From the IMG/VR virus record IMGVR_UViG_3300018413_000050: 21,289 nt of DNA, one strand, 5' to 3'. Each line of letters opens with the position of its first letter. Within the stretch, counting starts at the first letter, position 1. Below are positions 14,751 through 21,289 of this stretch, one piece after another. The DNA comes from a virus. The notes under the pieces were generated by a model. The model had not been told where the DNA came from, did not search any database, and was given only the letters and a program-made list of their open reading frames with translations. The translations under genes were made by a program, and so were the position numbers.

Positions 14751-14773
14751 AATAAATCATATAATTGTAAAAA
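14751..14773 (+). repeat. promoter-like direct repeat copy 2
   Basis: AATAAATCATATAATTGTAAAAA. Confidence 0.8.
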
Positions 14774-14810
14774 CAAAGAACAAAAGTTTAATATATAACA
14801 ATAAGAAATA

Positions 14811-14894
14811 ATGAAAAATTTTAACAAACATAATCATAATAATAATTTTAAGTTTTGGTCAAGTACTAAAAACTCAGAATGTGATATTGTATAA
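14811..14894 (+). CDS. putative leader mini-ORF (MKNFNKHNHNNNFKFWSSTKNSECDIV)
   Basis: 27-aa ORF between promoter-like repeat and terminator, directly upstream of tRNA array 3. Confidence 0.3.
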   Translation: MKNFNKHNHNNNFKFWSSTKNSECDIV

Positions 14895-14922
14895 GTTAAA
14901 ATTTAATTTATAAAAAAATATT

Positions 14923-14952
14923 AAAACCTGAGTTATTTGACTCAGGTTTTTT
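14923..14952 (+). terminator. terminator before tRNA array 3
   Basis: AAAACCTGAGTTATTTGACTCAGGTTTTTTT. Confidence 0.85.
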
Positions 14953-14966
14953 TGTTTATAAAATAT

Positions 14967-15037
14967 ACGTCTATGGTGAAATGGTATCATCACGGTCTCC
15001 AAAACCGTTGTTTACAGTTCGAATCTGTATAGGCGTG
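14967..15037 (+). tRNA. tRNA-Trp(CCA)
   Basis: Acceptor ACGTCTA/TAGGCGT, discriminator G, anticodon arm ACGGT CTCCAAA ACCGT. Confidence 0.9.
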
Positions 15038-15045
15038 CAATATTT

Positions 15046-15117
15046 GGTTCCTTAGCTCAGTTGGTAGAGTATCTGGTTGAAGCCCAGACAGCAACAGTTC
15101 GATTCTGTTAGGAACCA
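15046..15117 (+). tRNA. tRNA-Phe(GAA)
   Basis: Acceptor GGTTCCT/AGGAACC, anticodon arm TCTGG TTGAAGC CCAGA. Confidence 0.92.
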
Positions 15118-15124
15118 CAAATAT

Positions 15125-15197
15125 TCTTCAGTAGCTACAATGGTAGAGCGTTCCGCTGTTAACGGATTGGTTGTAAGTTCGAATCTTACCTGGAGAG
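15125..15197 (+). tRNA. tRNA-Asn(GTT) copy 1
   Basis: Acceptor TCTTCAG/CTGGAGA, loop CTGTTAA. Confidence 0.88.
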
Positions 15198-15209
15198 CAA
15201 TAATAAAAT

Positions 15210-15281
15210 GGACAAGTAGCTCAGTGGTAGAGCTGTACACTGTTAATGTACTGGTCGTAGGTTCGAATCCTGCCTTGTCCG
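15210..15281 (+). tRNA. tRNA-Asn(GTT) copy 2
   Basis: Acceptor GGACAAG/CTTGTCC, anticodon arm GTACA CTGTTAA TGTAC. Confidence 0.92.
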
Positions 15282-15291
15282 CAAAATATAT

Positions 15292-15363
15292 GGAGTATAT
15301 AGTTTAATGGTAGAACTATTGTTTGTGGTACAATCGGTCTGAGTTCGATCCTCAGTATACTCC
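15292..15363 (+). tRNA. tRNA-His(GTG)
   Basis: Encoded G-1:C73 pair, acceptor GAGTATA/TATACTC, anticodon arm ATTGT TTGTGGT ACAAT. Confidence 0.92.
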
Positions 15364-15434
15364 CAAAAATAAAAAAAAATAATGAAAAAAAAATATGATA
15401 ACTTGTAGGTTTAATAAAAAAAACCAAACAAGAA

Positions 15435-15626
15435 ATGAAAAGATTAAAATTAAGAAGTAAATTAAAATGTGTAAAATCAAGTAAAGAATATAAATATATT
15501 ATTTATAAAAATCAATATCCTATTTATTATGAAGATATTTATGAAATAAATGGATATAAATTATATAAATTACGTAGTTTTAAAACATGGAAACATAATA
15601 GAAAAAAACAATATAAAGAAAAATGA
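15435..15626 (+). CDS. small basic protein
   Basis: 63-aa Lys/Tyr-rich ORF. Confidence 0.5.
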   Translation: MKRLKLRSKLKCVKSSKEYKYIIYKNQYPIYYEDIYEINGYKLYKLRSFKTWKHNRKKQYKEK

Positions 15627-15685
15627 AAACAATAAAGAAATATAAACAGTAACGATCTCTGAAATACGAGATCAAAAATAAATAT

Positions 15686-15756
15686 GATCTCGTGGCGAGA
15701 AGGACGCGCAACAAACTTTTAATTTGTGGGTAATGGTTCGATTCCATTCGGGATCA
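15686..15756 (+). tRNA. tRNA-Lys(TTT) copy 1
   Basis: Acceptor GATCTCG/CGGGATC, anticodon arm ACAAA CTTTTAA TTTGT. Confidence 0.92.
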
Positions 15757-15780
15757 CAATAGATATAAAATCTATAATAT

Positions 15781-15852
15781 GATCCGTTAGCTTAATGGTA
15801 AAGCCACATACTTTTAATATGTAGATCGTCGAATCAGTATCGACACGGGTCA
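15781..15852 (+). tRNA. tRNA-Lys(TTT) copy 2 with atypical T-loop
   Basis: Acceptor GATCCGT/ACGGGTC, anticodon arm ACATA CTTTTAA TATGT, T-arm GTCGA ATCAGTA TCGAC. Confidence 0.85.
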
Positions 15853-15934
15853 CTTAGTATATAGAAAACAAATCTTATTAGTTGACTACTAATTATATAC
15901 CACTAATTTAATAAAAACAAACAAGTTAGTAAAC

Positions 15935-16174
15935 ATGGAAACAAATGTTTTAAAGCAAATTGTTATGAACGACAATTTAGCTTCTTTTAGTCATGCAATA
16001 AGTGGTGTATTGTATTATGAAGTAAAATCAAATGACATCACTTATTTATTTCCTATCGATATGAATGATAGAGAAGATGTAGGAACTGCTAGGTTCGAAA
16101 AAACTATTAAAGCTATAACACTAATGAGATACATTAGAAAAGCTATTAAAAACGAAGAGTTGGTTATTTATTAA
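15935..16174 (+). CDS. hypothetical protein
   Basis: 79-aa ORF. Confidence 0.65.
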   Translation: METNVLKQIVMNDNLASFSHAISGVLYYEVKSNDITYLFPIDMNDREDVGTARFEKTIKAITLMRYIRKAIKNEELVIY

Positions 16175-16241
16175 TCAACTCTTCTTTATTTAATAAAAAT
16201 AACATTTAAATTACATAATTTTTTTTTTGATATTTTTTTTG

Positions 16242-16249
16242 TATATTTG
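16242..16249 (+). promoter_or_regulatory. TATATTTG promoter element
   Basis: Upstream of 16265 CDS. Confidence 0.6.
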
Positions 16250-16264
16250 TAAAAAAATAATACT

Positions 16265-16504
16265 ATGACTAATTTAATTAAAGGAATTTTACATTTAAAT
16301 AAATTTAAATCCGGAGATAAAATTTCTATAGATTCATGTGTAACCACTTCTAATAAGTATGAGGGATTTCATGGTACGATTAAAAAACTAAATTTACTTA
16401 AAAAAGGTAAAAATGGTTTAGGTATTATTGAAATTAAATCATCACAAGGTACAATTATAGAATTATCTGGTATTTTAAATAAACTTAAATTAAAAAAAAG
16501 ATAA
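16265..16504 (+). CDS. hypothetical small beta-rich (SH3/KOW-like?) protein
   Basis: 79 aa; GDKISID...YEGFHGTIKKL...GIIEIKSSQGTIIEL. Confidence 0.6.
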   Translation: MTNLIKGILHLNKFKSGDKISIDSCVTTSNKYEGFHGTIKKLNLLKKGKNGLGIIEIKSSQGTIIELSGILNKLKLKKR

Positions 16505-16505
16505 A

Positions 16506-16537
16506 AAAAAGAGAACTTTAAAGTTCTCTTTTTTTTT
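16506..16537. terminator. bidirectional terminator between convergent genes
   Basis: AAAAA GAGAACTTTAAAGTTCTC TTTTTTTTT. Confidence 0.85.
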
Positions 16538-17672
16538 ATATAATTGAAAATGATTTTTGTAATATTTCTATAGATATATCTCTTTGTTTAGAAATATGAC
16601 GTCCATTTGTATTAGTTTTAATTATATTTAATGATTCAATTATTTTTAGAAAATTAGTCATATCTTTAGGTAAAATAACTATTTCATTAATTTTACACAT
16701 ATCTATCATATATCTATTAGTTGGTAATTTATAATTAATTTTCGCATCTAATGGATATATGATTTTCAAAATACTATCATATAATTTCCATGTTTGATAA
16801 TTTGTATCATTATCTAATTTAGTTTTAAATTCTAAATAAGATCTTAATTTATAGTATTCATTAAAAAATACACCACCTAAAATAATAAATTCAATTAACG
16901 TTGATATGATTACAAAAATAAATGAATTTTTCTCATATGATTTTTTATTTATTTTTAGTTCATTTAAAGCTGTATTTTTATAATCTGATATGATTGAATC
17001 TCTTTCATATTTAATCTCTTTAATATTGTTGTTATATGTATTTAATTGTGATAATAACTGTTCTTTTTCATTTATTAATTGTAAATTTCTTTCTTTTTGT
17101 GCATTAGTTATATAACCAATTGATAATAATGAACTATTAATTATAGTTTGTTCATTATCTTTATCTTCTATTAATTTAGAAGTATTTGTGATAGTATTAT
17201 TTATTTTACTTAAATCTAAATCATAAATATTTTTTATACTATCACTATATAAATTAATATTTTTATTAGTTTCAGTTTCTAATTGTTTTGTTTTAGATGA
17301 AAATTCTTTAGCACCTGATAAAGAAGAATAGAATGATAAAAATATTAAAATTAAACTAGATAATAATAAAGGTAAAACAATATTATTTATTTTTTTAACT
17401 TTCAAATAAATAATAGAAAATTTATTAAATATATCTCGTTTTAATAATTCTATTCCAAATAATAAAATTAAAGATACTGTAAATATAACTATAGGCATAT
17501 TAGTGAATGCTACAGACATAATTGTAGACATAAAAAAATATGCTAAAAATATTGATGATATATTACCAAAATAAGATAAAACCTTCAAAATATTATTTAT
17601 ACTTTTATAACTTGTAGAAAAATTATCATTATTAATATTCTTTTCTAATTTATTAAATTCATTTATATTCAT
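16536..17672 (-). CDS. multi-pass membrane protein with coiled-coil segment
   Basis: 378 aa, four hydrophobic segments; N-terminus MNINEFNKLEKN resembles CTS-like N-termini elsewhere. Confidence 0.75.
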   Translation of the reverse strand: MNINEFNKLEKNINNDNFSTSYKSINNILKVLSYFGNISSIFLAYFFMSTIMSVAFTNMPIVIFTVSLILLFGIELLKRDIFNKFSIIYLKVKKINNIVLPLLLSSLILIFLSFYSSLSGAKEFSSKTKQLETETNKNINLYSDSIKNIYDLDLSKINNTITNTSKLIEDKDNEQTIINSSLLSIGYITNAQKERNLQLINEKEQLLSQLNTYNNNIKEIKYERDSIISDYKNTALNELKINKKSYEKNSFIFVIISTLIEFIILGGVFFNEYYKLRSYLEFKTKLDNDTNYQTWKLYDSILKIIYPLDAKINYKLPTNRYMIDMCKINEIVILPKDMTNFLKIIESLNIIKTNTNGRHISKQRDISIEILQKSFSII

Positions 17673-17723
17673 ATTATTTATATAAATAATAAAATAAAAG
17701 TTTAATTATTAAAATATTTTTTG

Positions 17724-17731
17724 TATATTTG
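17724..17731 (+). promoter_or_regulatory. TATATTTG promoter element
   Basis: Overlaps the ORF-track start (TTG 17721), supporting ATG 17757. Confidence 0.6.
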
Positions 17732-17756
17732 TATTGTTCAATTAATAATTATATAT

Positions 17757-18455
17757 ATGAGCATTTTAAATATATCTTTTTTATCAATTTCTATTTTATT
17801 AATAATTGTTTTATTATTATTATTAATACATACAGATCCAATTAATAAAATAAAACGTATTGGTTTATTAAAAAAGAAGTCTAAAACACAATTAGAATTA
17901 TATCAAGATTTCTTTTTAGAAGTATTATTAGATTCAGGAATTAATTTAGAAAATGTATTAATTAAACCATCATATTTAGATAAAAATGGTTCTTGTTTAA
18001 TAATTAATTCTAAATTAGATTATAAAACTAAAATAAAAAAACAATTATTTACAAATCAAATAAATACAAATCAAATATATTTAATTTTACCTGAAATAGT
18101 TGATTTAACAACATTATGGGTATGTGTACATGAGATAGGACATTATGTTCTTAATCATTTAACTGATGATAGACCAGATTATATACATGAATATGAAGCA
18201 GAAAATTATGCAAATACTATTATTAAATTATGTCCATTAGAAACAGGTGTATATGAATATGAAAATATATATTTTAAGAATATACATAATATATACATTA
18301 CCACTAATATAAATAGAGCGAAAAGATATGTTAAATCATATTATGACACATATATGAACAATTTAACATATAGTAAAACAATAGAATTAAGTAAATATAA
18401 GTCATTAAATAAAGATATTGAAAATTATATTAATACAGAAGAAAAATATAAATAA
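17757..18455 (+). CDS. membrane-anchored HExxH zinc metallopeptidase-like protein (ImmA/IrrE or M48-like)
   Basis: N-terminal TM; WVCVHEIGHYVLNHL with downstream EYEAENYANTI. Confidence 0.7.
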   Translation: MSILNISFLSISILLIIVLLLLLIHTDPINKIKRIGLLKKKSKTQLELYQDFFLEVLLDSGINLENVLIKPSYLDKNGSCLIINSKLDYKTKIKKQLFTNQINTNQIYLILPEIVDLTTLWVCVHEIGHYVLNHLTDDRPDYIHEYEAENYANTIIKLCPLETGVYEYENIYFKNIHNIYITTNINRAKRYVKSYYDTYMNNLTYSKTIELSKYKSLNKDIENYINTEEKYK

Positions 18456-18457
18456 AT

Positions 18458-18802
18458 ATGTATAAAACACACACATTATCACAAAAAGTATTAAATGAAA
18501 ATAATATTAATACTATTATTGGTCTAATAGAAAATAATTATATTGATGGAATTTCAGTTGATGAATATAATAAATTAGTATTAGGGCTTAGAAATTTAAC
18601 TTTAGAAAAAGCTGCAGAATTTTTATATCCAGATGAACCACAAGAGATGTTTGATATGATATTATTAGAGTTAGCATTAGAATATTGGAATGGGTTTAAT
18701 GGTACACATGAACAAGAAGAGATTGGTAAATTGTATTTTCCTAATGGTTTTTCAAATTATGACTTAAATGTTGTAGAAATTTACATTAATACACATATTT
18801 AA
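18458..18802 (+). CDS. hypothetical acidic protein
   Basis: 114 aa, adjacent to the peptidase. Confidence 0.65.
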   Translation: MYKTHTLSQKVLNENNINTIIGLIENNYIDGISVDEYNKLVLGLRNLTLEKAAEFLYPDEPQEMFDMILLELALEYWNGFNGTHEQEEIGKLYFPNGFSNYDLNVVEIYINTHI

Positions 18803-18836
18803 TTCGAAATAATTTTTATATTTAATATATTATTTG

Positions 18837-18844
18837 TATATTTG
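18837..18844 (+). promoter_or_regulatory. TATATTTG promoter element upstream of interrupted tRNA
   Basis: TTATTTGTATATTTGTAATG. Confidence 0.6.
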
Positions 18845-18877
18845 TAATGTATTAATCAAACAAGATAAATATAATAA

Positions 18878-19065
18878 CGTGGTTTAGCTCAGTGGTAGAG
18901 CAGCATTCTGATAATGCTCGTAAAGTGTAGATATACACGATTTAATAATGAAATTAAAAAAACAAAAAGTATTGGACGTAGTCGACGACTGAAGGTATGA
19001 ATATGTCTATTTAATCGAATTTAGAGCGATAATGCAGGTCGGATGTTCAAATCGTTCAACCGCGA
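18878..19065 (+). tRNA. tRNA-Ile(GAT) interrupted in the anticodon loop by a 116-nt insertion (18913-19028)
   Basis: Acceptor CGTGGTT/AACCGCG, D-arm GCTC/GAGC, 5' half GCATT CTGAT, 3' half AT AATGC AGGTC, T-arm GGATG TTCAAAT CGTTC. Joining U18912 to A19029 restores loop CTGATAT. Confidence 0.75.
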
Positions 19066-19066
19066 C

Positions 19067-19099
19067 AAAAGTTCTATAAATATTTATAGAACTTTTTTA
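19067..19099 (+). terminator. intrinsic terminator after interrupted tRNA
   Basis: AAAAGTTCTATAAATATTTATAGAACTTTTTT. Confidence 0.88.
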
Positions 19100-19129
19100 T
19101 TTTATACAGTTTTGTATTAAAATTTTTAT

Positions 19130-19137
19130 TATATTTG
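19130..19137 (+). promoter_or_regulatory. TATATTTG promoter element
   Basis: Overlaps ORF-track start TTG 19135, supporting ATG 19153. Confidence 0.6.
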
Positions 19138-19152
19138 TATAAAAATAAAATT

Positions 19153-19800
19153 ATGTGTTTATCAATATTAGATGATTTTTTAAATAGTTCATATATAAAA
19201 TCAAGTATTAATTATGATGGTTCATTATATATTAGTTATGATGCGTATTCAACAGATTCTTCATTTGATGAATCTATTGAAGGATTTAAATATTGTCCAT
19301 ATTGTGGTGAATCTATTAAATCAATATTTGATAGAGAAGCTAGAATTAAACAACAAAAATTAGAACAAGAATATTCTAAAAAATTAGAACAAGAAAAAAA
19401 ATTAGAAGCAGAAAGAAAAAAACAAAACGAAAATAGAATTAATTCAGCATTATCTAATTTAAATACATCAATTTTAAATGGCAATTATATTGAATATTAT
19501 GTTAAACAAATTAACGAAACACGAAAAGCATTAAATAAACAAAATTTAGTTGATATTTTATTTCTTGAAGGAATTAATATATCTAAAACTAGTTTAAAAT
19601 GTGTTGGAGTTTATAGAAAAGGTATTAAAGAAGTTCAACATAATAAATTGACAAGACAAGAACAATACAATAAAAACAAATTATCTAAAACTGGAGATAA
19701 ATGTATTTGTCCTTCTTGTAATTCAAATTTTATTAAAAAAACATATCAACAAGTTTTTTGTAAAATTACATGTAAAGATAATTATTGGAATAAAAATTAA
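19153..19800 (+). CDS. protein with two zinc-ribbon-like CxxC modules
   Basis: MCLSILDDFL...YCPYCGES...CICPSCNSNF...FCKITCKDNYW. Confidence 0.7.
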   Translation: MCLSILDDFLNSSYIKSSINYDGSLYISYDAYSTDSSFDESIEGFKYCPYCGESIKSIFDREARIKQQKLEQEYSKKLEQEKKLEAERKKQNENRINSALSNLNTSILNGNYIEYYVKQINETRKALNKQNLVDILFLEGINISKTSLKCVGVYRKGIKEVQHNKLTRQEQYNKNKLSKTGDKCICPSCNSNFIKKTYQQVFCKITCKDNYWNKN

Positions 19801-19803
19801 AAT

Positions 19804-20346
19804 ATGAAAACAAATAGAGAAACACCAAGATGGTTATCAAATAAAATGTGGAGTATTATTGTTGACCATGTTAGAGAATTAATTGATACTAATATTAAAG
19901 TTTTGGAACCTAGTGCTGGTGAAGGTGGTTTACTTAAACCATCATGGATGGCTGAATCATTATTTAATAAAGCTGATATTACTTGTGTAGAATTAAATAA
20001 AGAAAAATGTGAAAAATTAAAACAAAATGAAAAACATTTAAATGTAATTCATGCAGATTTTCTTAATTATGATTTTTCTGATACATATGATGTAATTATT
20101 GCTGCACCACCATTTAATAATAATATTGATGTAGAACATATTCAAAAAATGTATTCATTATTAAATGAGTATGGTATTATTGTAACACTTACTACACCAT
20201 ATTGGATGACTAATAATGAATCTCATCAAGTTGAATTTAGAGAATGGCTTAAAGAAATTGATCATAAAATTGAAATGTTACCTGATATGACATTTATTGA
20301 AAAATCAAAAACAGTACCAACGGCAATTTTAATTATAAAAAAATAA
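19804..20346 (+). CDS. class I SAM-dependent methyltransferase-like (N6-adenine MTase fold) with APPF motif
   Basis: VLEPSAGEGGLLKPSW (motif I), CVELN, HADFLNYDF, VIIAAPPFN at the motif IV position. Confidence 0.75.
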   Translation: MKTNRETPRWLSNKMWSIIVDHVRELIDTNIKVLEPSAGEGGLLKPSWMAESLFNKADITCVELNKEKCEKLKQNEKHLNVIHADFLNYDFSDTYDVIIAAPPFNNNIDVEHIQKMYSLLNEYGIIVTLTTPYWMTNNESHQVEFREWLKEIDHKIEMLPDMTFIEKSKTVPTAILIIKK

Positions 20347-20474
20347 TGGAAAATAAATACGAAATATTCCTTTTTGGTTTTGCCGTTGGAGCAATAATTT
20401 TTTGTGCTCTTTTTGGTTATGTTATCGGTAAAATCGATGATAATAAAAACAATAGTGTTAAAATTGATAAATAA
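20346..20474 (+). CDS. small single-TM protein (MENKYEIFLFGFAVGAIIFCALFGYVIGKIDDNKNNSVKIDK)
   Basis: 42-aa ORF starting at the stop of the MTase-like gene; absent from the ORF track. Confidence 0.55.
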   Translation: MENKYEIFLFGFAVGAIIFCALFGYVIGKIDDNKNNSVKIDK

Positions 20475-20512
20475 ATAGTGTTTAATTGAAATATTATTAC
20501 TATATTTACAAT

Positions 20513-20920
20513 ATGAAAGCAAAAATTAAAATATTAGTAAATCATGATTATTTAAGTGTTGTAACACCAAATGGACGTTTTACACTCAATAGAAGTGGTT
20601 ATAAAGCATCAGGATTGATGTGTGTTGGTAAAACATTTAATAATATTGCGAAACATGTTGATGAGCAATTAGCAAAAGGTTTAAATAATGAAGAGGCTTT
20701 AAAAACTCTATTAGATGAAAAAACTATGTCTAAATTGTTTCCTGATTGGAATAAAGAAGATATTGTTTATACAGCAGGACAAACAGTTAAATTAATTAGT
20801 GTTTTTGCTAAAAAATATCCAAGTAATTACGAAATTGTTGAAGTAAAAAGAAAAACAATTTATTTAAATTTAAATGGACAAAAAATTGGTATTAATAGAA
20901 GTTTTATTGAATTAATATAA
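20513..20920 (+). CDS. hypothetical protein
   Basis: ORF track start 20486 is TTG in the promoter region; ATG at 20513 gives MKAKIKILVNHDYLSVV.... Confidence 0.65.
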   Translation: MKAKIKILVNHDYLSVVTPNGRFTLNRSGYKASGLMCVGKTFNNIAKHVDEQLAKGLNNEEALKTLLDEKTMSKLFPDWNKEDIVYTAGQTVKLISVFAKKYPSNYEIVEVKRKTIYLNLNGQKIGINRSFIELI

Positions 20921-20933
20921 TTATAAAAAAATA

Positions 20934-21289
20934 ATGGAAAATATTTTTATCACAAATATACAAATTCTAGACAAAAAGGAATTATATACAGAAATTAAAG
21001 AAAAAACAGGAATTAGTTCAATTACTTTATATAAATATTTAAAACAAAAAAATTTTCCTGAATATATTTATTATTATTTAAAATTATCTGAACATATTTC
21101 ATTTGATACATTAACATATATAAGTGAAGATGAACCAGATAAGATAGATTCAATTTTAGAAAATAATAATATAAAAAACCCTTTAGGATTAACTAATAGT
21201 GAAAAATGGTATAATTCTTTATCAGAAGAACATAAAAATTATATTAAAGAATTAAGTTCTTCTGTATTTTCATTAATCCCACAATGTTA
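20934..21289 (+). CDS. hypothetical HTH-containing protein (partial, runs off window)
   Basis: MENIFITNIQILDKKELYTEIKEKTGISSITLYKYLKQKNFPEYIYYYLKLS... open to window end. Confidence 0.65.
   Translation, partial: MENIFITNIQILDKKELYTEIKEKTGISSITLYKYLKQKNFPEYIYYYLKLSEHISFDTLTYISEDEPDKIDSILENNNIKNPLGLTNSEKWYNSLSEEHKNYIKELSSSVFSLIPQC

Noticed and set aside
15052-15427. Three ORFs at 15052-15240(-), 15077-15307(+), 15221-15427(-)
   Set aside because: All overlap well-formed tRNAs (Phe, Asn, Asn, His); peptides such as SSVVELYTVNVLVVGSNPA and GRIRTYDQYINS are tRNA-derived artefacts.
18913-19028. Ordinary group I intron in tRNA-Ile
   Set aside because: Boundaries fit (U before, G at end) but the 116-nt length is too short for the standard P3-P9 core and I found no convincing internal guide sequence or P7. 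Kept as an unclassified insertion.
19236-19484. 82-aa minus-strand ORF
   Set aside because: Antisense to the zinc-ribbon protein.
20262-20522. 86-aa minus-strand ORF
   Set aside because: Antisense to the MTase-like gene end and the small TM protein; forward frames are more coherent.
1-21289. CRISPR array
   Set aside because: Repeats present are pairs of promoters, leaders or terminator stems; no regularly spaced repeat series was seen.

Overview
AT-rich, densely coding window. It is most consistent with part of a large phage (or phage-like element) genome infecting a Bacteroidota host: there are repeated TAnnTTTG-type promoters (TATATTTG), no obvious Shine-Dalgarno sequences, many small ORFs and three tRNA arrays. 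Supported genes include a partial minus-strand XPD/Rad3/DinG-like FeS helicase (missed by the ORF track because it runs off the window), a RecA/RadA-like ATPase, a DUF932-like protein, a LemA-like membrane protein, a YqiA-like alpha/beta hydrolase, a HExxH metallopeptidase and a SAM methyltransferase-like protein with an APPF motif. The most unusual part is an 'RNA island' at about 11.59-13.52 kb: four tRNA-like elements with abnormal, shortened or absent anticodon arms, two structured ORF-free regions (about 220 nt and about 650 nt) ending at T-runs, then two initiator-like CAT tRNAs. The ~650-nt region has its own upstream promoter and a terminator-like 3' end and is a candidate large ornate ncRNA (a GOLLD/ROOL-like niche, but not identified as either). 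Elsewhere there is a tRNA-Ile(GAT) with a 116-nt structured insertion in the anticodon loop, two tRNAs (Gln-TTG and initiator-like CAT) with GAAA-capped extended variable arms, two similar promoter/mini-ORF/terminator leaders directly in front of tRNA arrays, a small gene with no in-frame ATG/GTG/TTG, and a family of N-termini resembling T4-type capsid-targeting sequences. All calls come from reading the sequence by eye; no database, folding or tRNA-scanning program was run.
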